44,952 bases of DNA. Source: Bacteroidota bacterium. GTDB lineage: Bacteria > Bacteroidota > Bacteroidia > Palsa-948. Below are positions 1 through 8,228 of this stretch, piece by piece. Position numbers and translations under genes: made by a program. The notes under the pieces were generated by a model. That model was not told the origin of the DNA, did no database searches, and was given only the letters and a program-made list of their open reading frames with translations. Within the stretch, counting starts at the first letter, position 1, and the number at the start of each line of letters is the position of its first letter. Location: the NCBI GenBank assembly GCA_004297845.1, contig SCSP01000278.1, forward strand, positions 1 to 44,952, read 5' to 3'.

Positions 1-45
1 CAAAACTCAATAATCTGCAATTTGTAATCTATAACCTGTTACCTC

Positions 46-735
46 CTACTCAACCCTCCAATCAATTTCCTCCGCCCCTTCCTTCTTCAGCAATTCATTT
101 GTCTTTGAAAAATGTTTGCATCCGAAAAATCCTGTGTGAACTGAGAAAGGGGATGGGTGTGGCGCTTTTAACACATGATGTTTTGTAGTATCTATCAGGA
201 CTTCTTTTGCCTGCGCGAATTTTCCCCATAAAAGGAAAACAAGCCCTTCCCTTTTTTCAGAAAGAGCTATGATCGCTGCATCGGTAAATGGTTCCCATCC
301 CTGTTTTTGGTGCGAGCCTGCCTGATTGGCTCTTACCGTTAGCGTGGCATTAAGAAGCAAAACACCCTGTTTTGCCCAGGGTTCAAGATTTCCTGTTTTT
401 GGTATTGGAATATCCATGTCTGATTGTATTTCCTTGAAAATATTTTGAAGTGAGGGAGGTTGAATAACCCCATCGCTTACTGAAAAGCATAACCCGTTAG
501 CTTGCCCTTGTCCGTGATAAGGATCCTGCCCTATAATTACAACCTTCACTTTGTTAAACGGGGTGTTGTTAAATGATGCAAATATTCTGGATGCGGGAGG
601 GTATATGATATGCGTTTTTTTCTCAATAACGAGGAATTTCTTAAGTATTTTAAAATAATTACTCTGAAATTCCTTTTCAAGAATTTCCTTCCAAGAGCTG
701 TCAATTGTTGGATTTATTGTAACCTTTTCATTCAT
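46..735 (-). CDS. ung: Uracil-DNA glycosylase (family 1)
   Basis: 229-aa ORF carrying the family-1 UDG motifs GQDPYHGQGQANGLCFSV and HPSPFS near the C-terminus. Confidence 0.95.
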   Translation of the reverse strand: MNEKVTINPTIDSSWKEILEKEFQSNYFKILKKFLVIEKKTHIIYPPASRIFASFNNTPFNKVKVVIIGQDPYHGQGQANGLCFSVSDGVIQPPSLQNIFKEIQSDMDIPIPKTGNLEPWAKQGVLLLNATLTVRANQAGSHQKQGWEPFTDAAIIALSEKREGLVFLLWGKFAQAKEVLIDTTKHHVLKAPHPSPFSVHTGFFGCKHFSKTNELLKKEGAEEIDWRVE

Positions 736-752
736 TCCTGCGTAGTAAGCGA

Positions 753-760
753 CAAAACTA
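753..760 (-). promoter_or_regulatory. Bacteroidota-type -7 box (TAGTTTTG) upstream of ung
   Basis: The minus strand reads TAGTTTTG, matching TAnnTTTG, 17 nt upstream of the ung ATG. No clear -33 TTTG. Confidence 0.3.
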
Positions 761-802
761 ACAAGCCTTTTTGCTCTGTTGATAAAATTGGAACCAAATA
801 TT

Positions 803-833
803 TTTGTTCAAATCAAAAAAAATGCTACTTTTG
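803..833 (+). promoter_or_regulatory. Bacteroidota-type promoter (-33 TTTG, 19-nt spacer, -7 TACTTTTG)
   Basis: TTTG at 803-806 and TACTTTTG at 826-833 match TTTG-N19-21-TAnnTTTG. It lies upstream of the small lipoprotein ORF at 911 and is divergent from ung. Confidence 0.4.
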
Positions 834-910
834 CCTTAGTTAAAAGTTTGGCACATGTATTGTCAATAAGCATCGAACAACAATCTAAACAATAAGTAAC
901 ACGACAAAGT

Positions 911-1042
911 ATGAAGAAATTCTTAGCAATTATCGCCACCGTTGCTCTCTTCGCCATTATCCTTTCATCTTGCAAGAGCCATGAACTTTGTCCTGCTTAC
1001 GGCAAAGCGGATATTAAAGCAAAGACTGCAAAACAGGTTTAG
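911..1042 (+). CDS. Small lipoprotein (43 aa), absent from the ORF track
   Basis: ATG at 911 gives MKKFLAIIATVALFAIILSSCKSHELCPAYGKADIKAKTAKQV. It has a signal peptide with an LSSC lipobox-like cysteine and a promoter-like motif upstream. It is below the track's length cutoff. Confidence 0.5.
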   Translation: MKKFLAIIATVALFAIILSSCKSHELCPAYGKADIKAKTAKQV

Positions 1043-1073
1043 ATTACTCATTATTTTAGATACTTACCTGCTT

Positions 1074-1478
1074 TCAGAAATGGAAGCGGGTTTTTTGTTT
1101 TATATCCGGGTGAAGGCTTTTAGCCACCGGGCAGGCAAGTGCGGTATTTTCAAGTAACTGCTTGTCTTTATCGGTATAAGTGTTTTTTGGAAAATGAATT
1201 TCCACCTGTACCTCCGAAACCCTTCTCGGGTTATCAGCCATTACCTTTACAATTTCCACTTTGGTTCCATCCACATCAATAGAATGTCTTTTTGCCATGA
1301 TTCCCATAACGGTGAGCATACAGCAACCGAGAGATGTAGCAAGAAGATCAGTAGGTGAAAATGCCTCGCCTTTGCCGTTATTATCTACCGGGGCATCCGT
1401 TATGATCTGTTGCCCCGATCTTAAATGTACCGCATTTGTGCGAAGTTCTCCTTTGTAAATTATTTCAGATGTGTTCAT
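1074..1478 (-). CDS. OsmC/Ohr-family peroxiredoxin-like protein
   Basis: 134 aa with OsmC-type signatures: GKGEAFSPTDLLATSLGCCM and a second conserved Cys in ALACPVAKSL. Confidence 0.88.
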   Translation of the reverse strand: MNTSEIIYKGELRTNAVHLRSGQQIITDAPVDNNGKGEAFSPTDLLATSLGCCMLTVMGIMAKRHSIDVDGTKVEIVKVMADNPRRVSEVQVEIHFPKNTYTDKDKQLLENTALACPVAKSLHPDIKQKTRFHF

Positions 1479-1518
1479 ATAGTTTGATTTTTGCGGACTC
1501 CACCACTTTGTGGCCGGA

Positions 1519-1526
1519 CAAAAGTA
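1519..1526 (-). promoter_or_regulatory. -7 box TACTTTTG upstream of the OsmC-family gene
   Basis: The minus strand reads TACTTTTG (TAnnTTTG), 40 nt upstream of the ATG at 1478. Confidence 0.3.
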
Positions 1527-1609
1527 TTATTAACCACGTTGAGTAGTGACATTTTTTTTATTTTATATAATGCACATCCCAATCTATGGGGTTAATCCGT
1601 CAACTTTTG

Positions 1610-1617
1610 TACATTTG
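1610..1617 (+). promoter_or_regulatory. -7 box TACATTTG upstream of ORF 1633
   Basis: TACATTTG matches TAnnTTTG, 15 nt before the ATG at 1633. No -33 element seen. Confidence 0.3.
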
Positions 1618-1632
1618 CTTAGGGCGATTCCG

Positions 1633-2436
1633 ATGAAAACTACTTTTATAATCATAGGGTGTATATTGTTTTTCTTTCCTCTCTTTTGGAGAGGGGCAGG
1701 GGCTGAGGTCTCTGCTCAGGCTAACTCCAGCGGCATTATCCCTTCTGTAAGCCAAAATGAAGATGTCCAGCTTTTATATAGGAATGAACAGGAATTTGGC
1801 GCACTGGCTCACTCCTCCGGATGGGGATTAAATTACCGCAAATGCAAACACATAACGGGATACAGAAAACGGATACTGGAAGTTGAAATGGCAGGTATGC
1901 GGCATCCTAAAGAAATTAAACTTCAGGTGCCTGATATTGGCACGAAAGGATATTTCTATGGGAAGCAATTTGTTGTTACTGTTTTACGCGGAGGGTATGG
2001 TTATCATAAGGTTATTACCGGAAAAAGCGACAGAAGGGGAGTGGAATTACGTCTGTTAACCGTTGCAGGACCCTCTATTGCATTGGCTAAACCGGTATAT
2101 CTTAATATCTGGCATCAGGATCCTGTGAACCCCCCATTTGGTAATATCACTATTGAAAAATATGATCCGACTAATCTGCTTCATACACCTAATTACATCA
2201 TTGGCAGGGCAGGCTATTTCAGGGGTTTTGAACAGATGAATTTTTACCCGGGCGCGTTTTTTAAACTTGGACTCAGCTTTGAACACTCTACTTTAGATGA
2301 CGACATCAAACTTCTTGAAACCGGAATTGTGATAGATGCCTTTTATAAAACGATCCCCATTATGGCCACTGCCCGTAATAACCAGGTGTTTGTGAATGTG
2401 TATCTGAATGTTATGTTCGGAAAAAAATGGTTTTAG
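1633..2436 (+). CDS. Hypothetical secreted or outer-membrane protein
   Basis: The track ORF is 1546-2436. The likely start is the internal Met at 1633 (MKTTFIIIGCILFFF...), which gives a signal-peptide-like N-terminus. No family recognised. Confidence 0.6.
   Translation: MKTTFIIIGCILFFFPLFWRGAGAEVSAQANSSGIIPSVSQNEDVQLLYRNEQEFGALAHSSGWGLNYRKCKHITGYRKRILEVEMAGMRHPKEIKLQVPDIGTKGYFYGKQFVVTVLRGGYGYHKVITGKSDRRGVELRLLTVAGPSIALAKPVYLNIWHQDPVNPPFGNITIEKYDPTNLLHTPNYIIGRAGYFRGFEQMNFYPGAFFKLGLSFEHSTLDDDIKLLETGIVIDAFYKTIPIMATARNNQVFVNVYLNVMFGKKWF
1678..1710 (+). repeat. GC-rich palindromic element copy (CCTCTC-TTTTG-GAGAGG + GGGGCTGAGGT tail)
   Basis: Hairpin plus G-rich tail, the same architecture as the copies at 18317, 31007 and 37215. 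It is translated in-frame as PLFWRGAGAEV. Confidence 0.7.
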
Positions 2437-2451
2437 AATCCACGAAAAACG

Positions 2452-2469
2452 TCCCGATAGCTATCGGGA
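2452..2469. repeat. Perfect 18-bp palindrome TCCCGATAGCTATCGGGA (family B), intergenic copy
   Basis: Perfect palindrome 16 nt after the stop at 2436. An identical 18-mer lies inside purH at 30680-30697. It is flanked by ACGAAAA-type words. Confidence 0.85.
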
Positions 2470-2517
2470 TTGTACGAAAAGTACGAAAGAACACCTGCTC
2501 GATAATTATAATCTTCT

Positions 2518-3381
2518 GTGTCAGAAATTCTTGCGGAACCCCGTCCTAAAAAACCAGATTGGTTGCGCGTAAAGCTCCCTACCGGAGAGAATTATCTGCA
2601 TGTCCGCAAGTTAGTAGACACACACAAGCTCCACACCATTTGCGAAAGCGGAAACTGTCCCAATATGGGAGAATGTTGGGGAGCAGGCACAGCCACTTTT
2701 ATGATACTCGGAAATGTCTGCACCCGCTCCTGCGGATTTTGTGCGGTAGCTACCGGCCGGCCCAGCGCGGTGGATAAAGGTGAACCGGATCGTGTTGCCA
2801 ATTCGGTTAAGCTGATGAATGTAAAACATTGCGTGATCACTTCGGTGGATCGGGATGACCTGGCCGATGGCGGTTCCGGGATCTGGGTGGAAACGATCCG
2901 CGCAGTCCGTAAAATTTCCCCTCAAACAAAATTTGAAACCCTTATTCCCGATTTTAAAGGGGGGACGGAAAATATGGACCGTGTATTTTCAGAAAAGCCC
3001 GATGTGCTTTCCCATAATCTTGAAACAGTCAGGCGATTGACCAAACAAGTTCGCGTTCAGGCAAAATTTGATCGTAGTCTGGATGTATTGAAACGCGCAA
3101 AGCAATTCGGCCTGCGAACAAAATCCGGTATCATGCTTGGACTCGGTGAAACGGACGGTGAAATAATCGAAACCATGACTGAACTGTGCAACGCGCAAGT
3201 GGATGTGTTGACTCTCGGCCAATACTTGCAACCCACCAAACAGCATTTGCCTGTTGTTGAGTTTGTGCATCCTGACAGATTTTCGAAATACAAAAAAACA
3301 GGACTGGAAATGGGTTTCCGTTTCGTGGAAAGCGGGCCGCTGGTACGGTCTTCTTATCATGCGGAGAAGCATGTTCTATAA
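2518..3381 (+). CDS. lipA: Lipoyl synthase
   Basis: Radical-SAM CTRSCGFC cluster motif plus the auxiliary N-terminal cluster [12 protein letters not shown]. 287 aa with a GTG start. Confidence 0.95.
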   Translation: MSEILAEPRPKKPDWLRVKLPTGENYLHVRKLVDTHKLHTICESGNCPNMGECWGAGTATFMILGNVCTRSCGFCAVATGRPSAVDKGEPDRVANSVKLMNVKHCVITSVDRDDLADGGSGIWVETIRAVRKISPQTKFETLIPDFKGGTENMDRVFSEKPDVLSHNLETVRRLTKQVRVQAKFDRSLDVLKRAKQFGLRTKSGIMLGLGETDGEIIETMTELCNAQVDVLTLGQYLQPTKQHLPVVEFVHPDRFSKYKKTGLEMGFRFVESGPLVRSSYHAEKHVL

Positions 3382-3437
3382 ATAAGAAAAGAACGCCATT
3401 TTCAGAATACTCCTTATATCCATTAAACGAAATTTTA

Positions 3438-4847
3438 TCAATCGATCACTAATTTCCCGCTGGCAGAAATTTTTCCACTATGTTTTTCAACGATACTGTA
3501 TTGGTAAATGCCGGCAGGCAGTTGGTTGCGTTGGATGACAATGCTGCCTGTAGTTATATTTTCTTTTTTCATTACATGGTTGCCAAGTATGTCGTAGATT
3601 AACAATTCATGTGTTAAGCCATTCGGATTGTCGAAGCGGAATATCGCAAGATCAGAGAAAGGGTTGGGGAATACGGAATTAGACTTGATGGTGGGTTCAT
3701 CGGCCGTTCCCACGGGCAAATAAACAACTGCGATATCATCCACATAAAGTACACTTCCTGAACCGAAATAACTTGTGCTGTCAGCGAAATTGCCGGACCC
3801 AAAAACAATATTCAATGTATCAGTATAGGGAAAATTATTATACGTGAACGGAAGTTCAAAATAGGTATAGGTATTTGTGGGAGGCAGTTTTTTAAGACTG
3901 CTGTCCAGCCTTACCCCGTTGTTAAAGGTTTCTGCAGCAGCGATGGCGGTATCAAGTCCCACTGCGGTGTATTTGTACCAGCCGGTGATCTTGGATGGAT
4001 TTGCATTCACCTTCATTCCGCCTTCTGGACCATCATTTCCAAAATATCCATTGGTGACCAGACCCAGCGTGTCGCCACCAAATGCTTCGATGGTTTCGAT
4101 ACGTATGGCGTATGTACCACTATGGCTGCTGGTGCTTTTGGTTGCGGAAAGAGTAGTGGTAGCTGCAAAATTTATGGTGGTCCAGTTGTCAGGTTCTTCC
4201 GATGTTTTAGTAACCCATGTTTCAAAACTTGGGTTGGGAAATCCCTGGTTGGTTCCTTTGAAAGTAATACTGTCGATGACAAGAGTGCTACCCGGCATTT
4301 TGACCCCGTCAAGGCTGGAACTGGTAATGATGACAATGATTGAATCCGGGGCAGGAGAAACAGGAAGATTGGAAGGCATGGAGAAACGCTTGTAGGCGCT
4401 CTGTGTGCCAACGAAATATTTTGATGCAATGGTCATGATCGCACCGCTCTTTTTAAATCCAACGATCATGTAAGCGGTATCATTTGTTAAAATATTATAT
4501 CTCACGTAACTTGTAATTGAATCCGGTTGCCCTGTGTAAGGAATTCCGCCTTTCACACCTCCCTGTCCGGGTATGCCTATGAACAATCCTCCCATGATGG
4601 TATCAGTGCCGCTGGAAACAGTGGTAAGCTGTGCCGCGTAGGTGCTATGAAAGCTACCCGTGGATTTTATCACATTCCCCATGGGTAGAAATGAAAAGGT
4701 CCATTGATTGCTGCTCATGTAAGGAGTGGGTTCATCATAAAATGTTTGTACGCTCCATGTTTCAAAACCCGGGTTGGCAGGCTGCTGTGCATCCGCAATA
4801 GATGCGAGAAACAGAATATTGATCGAAAGAGTAATGATTTTCTTCAT
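3438..4847 (-). CDS. Secreted protein with T9SS type A C-terminal sorting domain
   Basis: Signal peptide, two related modules each opening with NP[GS]FETW, and a C-terminal VFPNPFSD...IYQYSI...GKLVID segment typical of Por/T9SS CTDs. Confidence 0.8.
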   Translation of the reverse strand: MKKIITLSINILFLASIADAQQPANPGFETWSVQTFYDEPTPYMSSNQWTFSFLPMGNVIKSTGSFHSTYAAQLTTVSSGTDTIMGGLFIGIPGQGGVKGGIPYTGQPDSITSYVRYNILTNDTAYMIVGFKKSGAIMTIASKYFVGTQSAYKRFSMPSNLPVSPAPDSIIVIITSSSLDGVKMPGSTLVIDSITFKGTNQGFPNPSFETWVTKTSEEPDNWTTINFAATTTLSATKSTSSHSGTYAIRIETIEAFGGDTLGLVTNGYFGNDGPEGGMKVNANPSKITGWYKYTAVGLDTAIAAAETFNNGVRLDSSLKKLPPTNTYTYFELPFTYNNFPYTDTLNIVFGSGNFADSTSYFGSGSVLYVDDIAVVYLPVGTADEPTIKSNSVFPNPFSDLAIFRFDNPNGLTHELLIYDILGNHVMKKENITTGSIVIQRNQLPAGIYQYSIVEKHSGKISASGKLVID

Positions 4848-4864
4848 GTTTATTAGTTTGAAGA

Positions 4865-4872
4865 CAAAGGTA
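4865..4872 (-). promoter_or_regulatory. -7 box TACCTTTG upstream of ORF 3438-4847
   Basis: The minus strand reads TACCTTTG (TAnnTTTG), 17 nt upstream of the ATG at 4847. Confidence 0.3.
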
Positions 4873-4977
4873 TTAGATATTCTTCAAGGACTCTATGATG
4901 ATCAGGAGGTTGATATTTCTACCAAATTGTAATTATATTTTCCTACCTTCGTCTTACTTTATGGGTAAGAAAAGAAA

Positions 4978-7900
4978 ATGAAAAAAGCGATATACATTTT
5001 TCTTGTAGGTTTTTTACTATTTTTCTTTATTCAATTTTCACATTCCCAGATAGTTATAAACGAAGTCTCTACTGCCAACGATGCGGTAATCGCTGATGAG
5101 GAGGGTGATTTTGAAGACTGGATAGAGCTGTACAATCCCACCAACGCCACCATTTCATTAAATAAATACACCTTCCTTTATGAGGTTCCAAATGAAATTC
5201 CCGTAAGCTGGACCTTTCCCGAGATATTCATCAAACCCAAACAACACTTGCTGATATTTGCTTCTAAAAAGGACAGGAAAGAAGTGATTGACCATTGGGA
5301 AGTGCCCATTTTTCCTGACAGTATTTGGAGATATAAAGTTAATACCACCTCCGGACCTGCGGCAAACTGGTACCAGCCAACTTATTCCGATGCTTCCTGG
5401 CTACAGGGAGTGGGAGGATTTGGGTATGGTGATGGAGACGATCAGACCAATACAGGAACAACATCCTCGGTTTACCTGAGAAAACTTTTTTCAGTAACCG
5501 ATACCGGTAAATGTCCATTGGGTGTTTTAAAGGTTGATTATGACGATGCATTTGTTGCTTACTTGAATGGTGTGGAAATTGCGCGTTCCAATATTGGCGT
5601 TTACGGAGATCACCCTGCCTACACTGTTTCTGCGATCGGAGAACATGAAGCAAAAGTGTATCAGGATACCGTTCCTCCTGTTGAAGGATGGGAATATTAT
5701 TTCATACCGAAACAGGTGATTCGTTCTGCGCTGAAACCGGGAAACAATGTTTTGTCAATTCAGGCGCATAACCATGCTGCCGGATTTGATGATTTATCCG
5801 TACGCCCGTATTTTATTCTTGGAGTAACAGATACAACCGCTATGTATCCTTCTATCCCGTTTGAAGTCTACATGCATACGAATTTTTCACTCTCCAACGC
5901 CAAAGGTTTTGTTATTTCCCTGAAAGATTCTTTAGGCAACCTCAGCGACACGCACACCTTTCAACCCCAAAACATGCAGGTAAATAATTCCAAAGGCAGA
6001 AATCCGGATGGAGGAAACAATTGGTGTTATTTCCATGTGCCGACTCCTGATGACACAAACGACATCACGCAATGTTTTGGAAATTATGCTCAACAGCCTT
6101 CTTTCAATCTGCCTTCCGGATTTTATTCTGGAACGCAAACGCTGAGTGTCACCGTTCCTCCCGGTGCGTATGTTTCTTATACGCGAAACGGAGACACGCC
6201 CGATGGGTCTGATCCGGTGTACACGGCCCCCATTACGATTGATTCAACACAGGTAATCCGTGCACGCGCTTTTTCAAGTGCAGGCAGCGATTTGCCAAGT
6301 AAAACCATCACCAGCACTTATTTCATCAACGAAAATATTTCGGCACAGGTCATTTCACTTTGTACGGACTCCGTTAATCTTTGGGACTGGCAGACAGGAA
6401 TTTATGTAAAAGGACCTGGTGCAGATTCAATAATCCCTTACCGGAATGCAAACTTCTGGATGGATTGGAAGCGTCAGGCGAACATCGAATTTTTTGACTT
6501 GAACGATACCCTGGGATTTGAACAGGAATGCGCCATTGCCATTCATGGAAATTACACCCGCTCTTTCCCCCAGAGAAGTTTCCGCGTTTATGCCAACGAT
6601 GATTATGGTGACCCCTATATGAATTACCAGATTTTCCAGGATAAAAATATTAATAAGTTCAGAAGTTTTAACATTCGCAATGCAGGCTTTGACTGGAACA
6701 CCTGCCATATGCGCGACCGCCTCATGCACAAGATGGCGCAGAATACGAACATTGATGTTATGGACGGAGAGCCGGTGGTGCTTTTCCTGAACGGGCAATA
6801 CTGGGGATTGTACGAAATGCGGGAACGGCAGGACGAATATTATCTGGCTGAAAATCACAATGTGGATCCCGAAAATGTGGATCTGCTGCGGTTTGAAGGG
6901 GATATTGTTAAAGGAACAAACACGGCATTTTTTAACATGGCGCAGTATATTGGCTCGAATAACATGGCCATACAGGCAAATTATGATTCAGCCCTTAAAC
7001 TGATTGATCTGCCGAACTATTGCGATTACTTTATCGCTGAAATCTATTATGACAATTATGACTGGATATATTTTTTTGGCGGAAGCAATAACATCAAGAT
7101 ATGGAGAACCATCACCCCCCCGGGTAAATGGCGTTATATCTTATGGGATGTGGATTTGGGATTACGGGCTAATGCCCCCAATCCGATCTGGGGTATCGGC
7201 ACTTATTTCACCTGTGAGGACAATAATCTTGGAAACCTTATTGCTTCATCTTCCACCGGAAGCGTCCATGCGTCTATGTTCGGAAGTTTGCTTGCCAACA
7301 ACGCTTTTCGAAATTATTTCATTACCCGCTACGCTGATCTGATGAACACCACCTTTCACCCAGTTAATTTCAGGAAAAAAATATATCAAATGCGCGATGA
7401 GATGCTGCCTGATATGGCAAGGCAGTTTGCCAAATGGGCGGGGCCTGTACATATATTTCCTCCTTTGCCGGCATACGCGGGAAGAGCAACTGATATCCCC
7501 TCATGGATGGCTGAGGTGGATACGATGGCTGACTACACCGGTTGCCGCCCGTATCACGTCCGGGATTCGCTTCAGGCAGAATTTTCTTTGGTGAAGCAAG
7601 TGGATATTACACTGGATGTTTCTCCTGCAGGAGCAGGAAATATTAAATTGAATACAATCAATAAACTTGATTCACTCCCCTGGACAGGCGTTTATTTTGA
7701 CGGGGTGCCGGTTACGATGACTGCAACTGCAAATACAGGCTATGTATTCTCACACTGGCAATCACCCATTTTGATTCCCACTCCTGTCAATACAACTTCC
7801 GTTACGCTCAATGTGACCACCAATGAACTTTTTACCGCCTATTTTACTCCTATACCACCAAACGTCAATTCAATTGAATCGAGTTTGATGTTAAGCGTTT

Positions 7901-8154
7901 TTCCAAATCCATTCAGCGGTGATTTTTCGTTAAGCTATACCCTTCTTGCCGGTGCCAAGGTTTCCGTAAAACTGTACGATAGGATAGGGCAGGAGGTAGC
8001 CGGTCTTCTTTCTTCCGAAGGTAAAGTAAAACCAGGCACATACAATCTGAAAGTTGATTCCCGAAATTATTCTCTTACAAGCGGGGTTTATTTCATTCAA
8101 TTCACGGCAGGGGAATTTTCAAAGATGATTAAGCTGGTGAAAACCAACGATTGA
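4978..8154 (+). CDS. CotH kinase-family protein (lamin-tail domain + chitobiase-C-like domain + CotH core + T9SS CTD), paralog 1
   Basis: Signal peptide. LTD-like VINEVSTAND...DWIELYNPT. CotH-like FNIRNAGFDWNTCHMRDRL, NGQYWGLYEMRERQDEYY and KWRYILWDVDLG. C-terminal VFPNPFSG...GVYFIQF...KLVK sorting domain. Confidence 0.88.
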   Translation: MKKAIYIFLVGFLLFFFIQFSHSQIVINEVSTANDAVIADEEGDFEDWIELYNPTNATISLNKYTFLYEVPNEIPVSWTFPEIFIKPKQHLLIFASKKDRKEVIDHWEVPIFPDSIWRYKVNTTSGPAANWYQPTYSDASWLQGVGGFGYGDGDDQTNTGTTSSVYLRKLFSVTDTGKCPLGVLKVDYDDAFVAYLNGVEIARSNIGVYGDHPAYTVSAIGEHEAKVYQDTVPPVEGWEYYFIPKQVIRSALKPGNNVLSIQAHNHAAGFDDLSVRPYFILGVTDTTAMYPSIPFEVYMHTNFSLSNAKGFVISLKDSLGNLSDTHTFQPQNMQVNNSKGRNPDGGNNWCYFHVPTPDDTNDITQCFGNYAQQPSFNLPSGFYSGTQTLSVTVPPGAYVSYTRNGDTPDGSDPVYTAPITIDSTQVIRARAFSSAGSDLPSKTITSTYFINENISAQVISLCTDSVNLWDWQTGIYVKGPGADSIIPYRNANFWMDWKRQANIEFFDLNDTLGFEQECAIAIHGNYTRSFPQRSFRVYANDDYGDPYMNYQIFQDKNINKFRSFNIRNAGFDWNTCHMRDRLMHKMAQNTNIDVMDGEPVVLFLNGQYWGLYEMRERQDEYYLAENHNVDPENVDLLRFEGDIVKGTNTAFFNMAQYIGSNNMAIQANYDSALKLIDLPNYCDYFIAEIYYDNYDWIYFFGGSNNIKIWRTITPPGKWRYILWDVDLGLRANAPNPIWGIGTYFTCEDNNLGNLIASSSTGSVHASMFGSLLANNAFRNYFITRYADLMNTTFHPVNFRKKIYQMRDEMLPDMARQFAKWAGPVHIFPPLPAYAGRATDIPSWMAEVDTMADYTGCRPYHVRDSLQAEFSLVKQVDITLDVSPAGAGNIKLNTINKLDSLPWTGVYFDGVPVTMTATANTGYVFSHWQSPILIPTPVNTTSVTLNVTTNELFTAYFTPIPPNVNSIESSLMLSVFPNPFSGDFSLSYTLLAGAKVSVKLYDRIGQEVAGLLSSEGKVKPGTYNLKVDSRNYSLTSGVYFIQFTAGEFSKMIKLVKTND

Positions 8155-8179
8155 TATAAAAAAAATAAAAGCAGAATTG

Positions 8180-8187
8180 TAACTTTG
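8180..8187 (+). promoter_or_regulatory. -7 box TAACTTTG upstream of CotH paralog 2
   Basis: TAACTTTG matches TAnnTTTG, 41 nt before the ATG at 8229. It lies inside the leader segment shared with paralog 1. Confidence 0.3.
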
Positions 8188-8228
8188 TCATCCTATTCCT
8201 CGTCTTAAGGTAACATTAAAGGAAGCGA

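Noticed and set aside
942-1157. 71-aa plus-strand ORF spanning the small lipoprotein gene and the OsmC gene 3' end
   Set aside because: It is out of frame with the lipoprotein ORF and antisense to the OsmC-family CDS. Its composition is not protein-like.
3877-4395. 172-aa plus-strand ORF, and the neighbours 4122-4343 and 4172-4429, inside the T9SS protein gene
   Set aside because: These are overlapping alternative-frame ORFs within a longer CDS that has a signal peptide and a sorting domain. They have no independent support.
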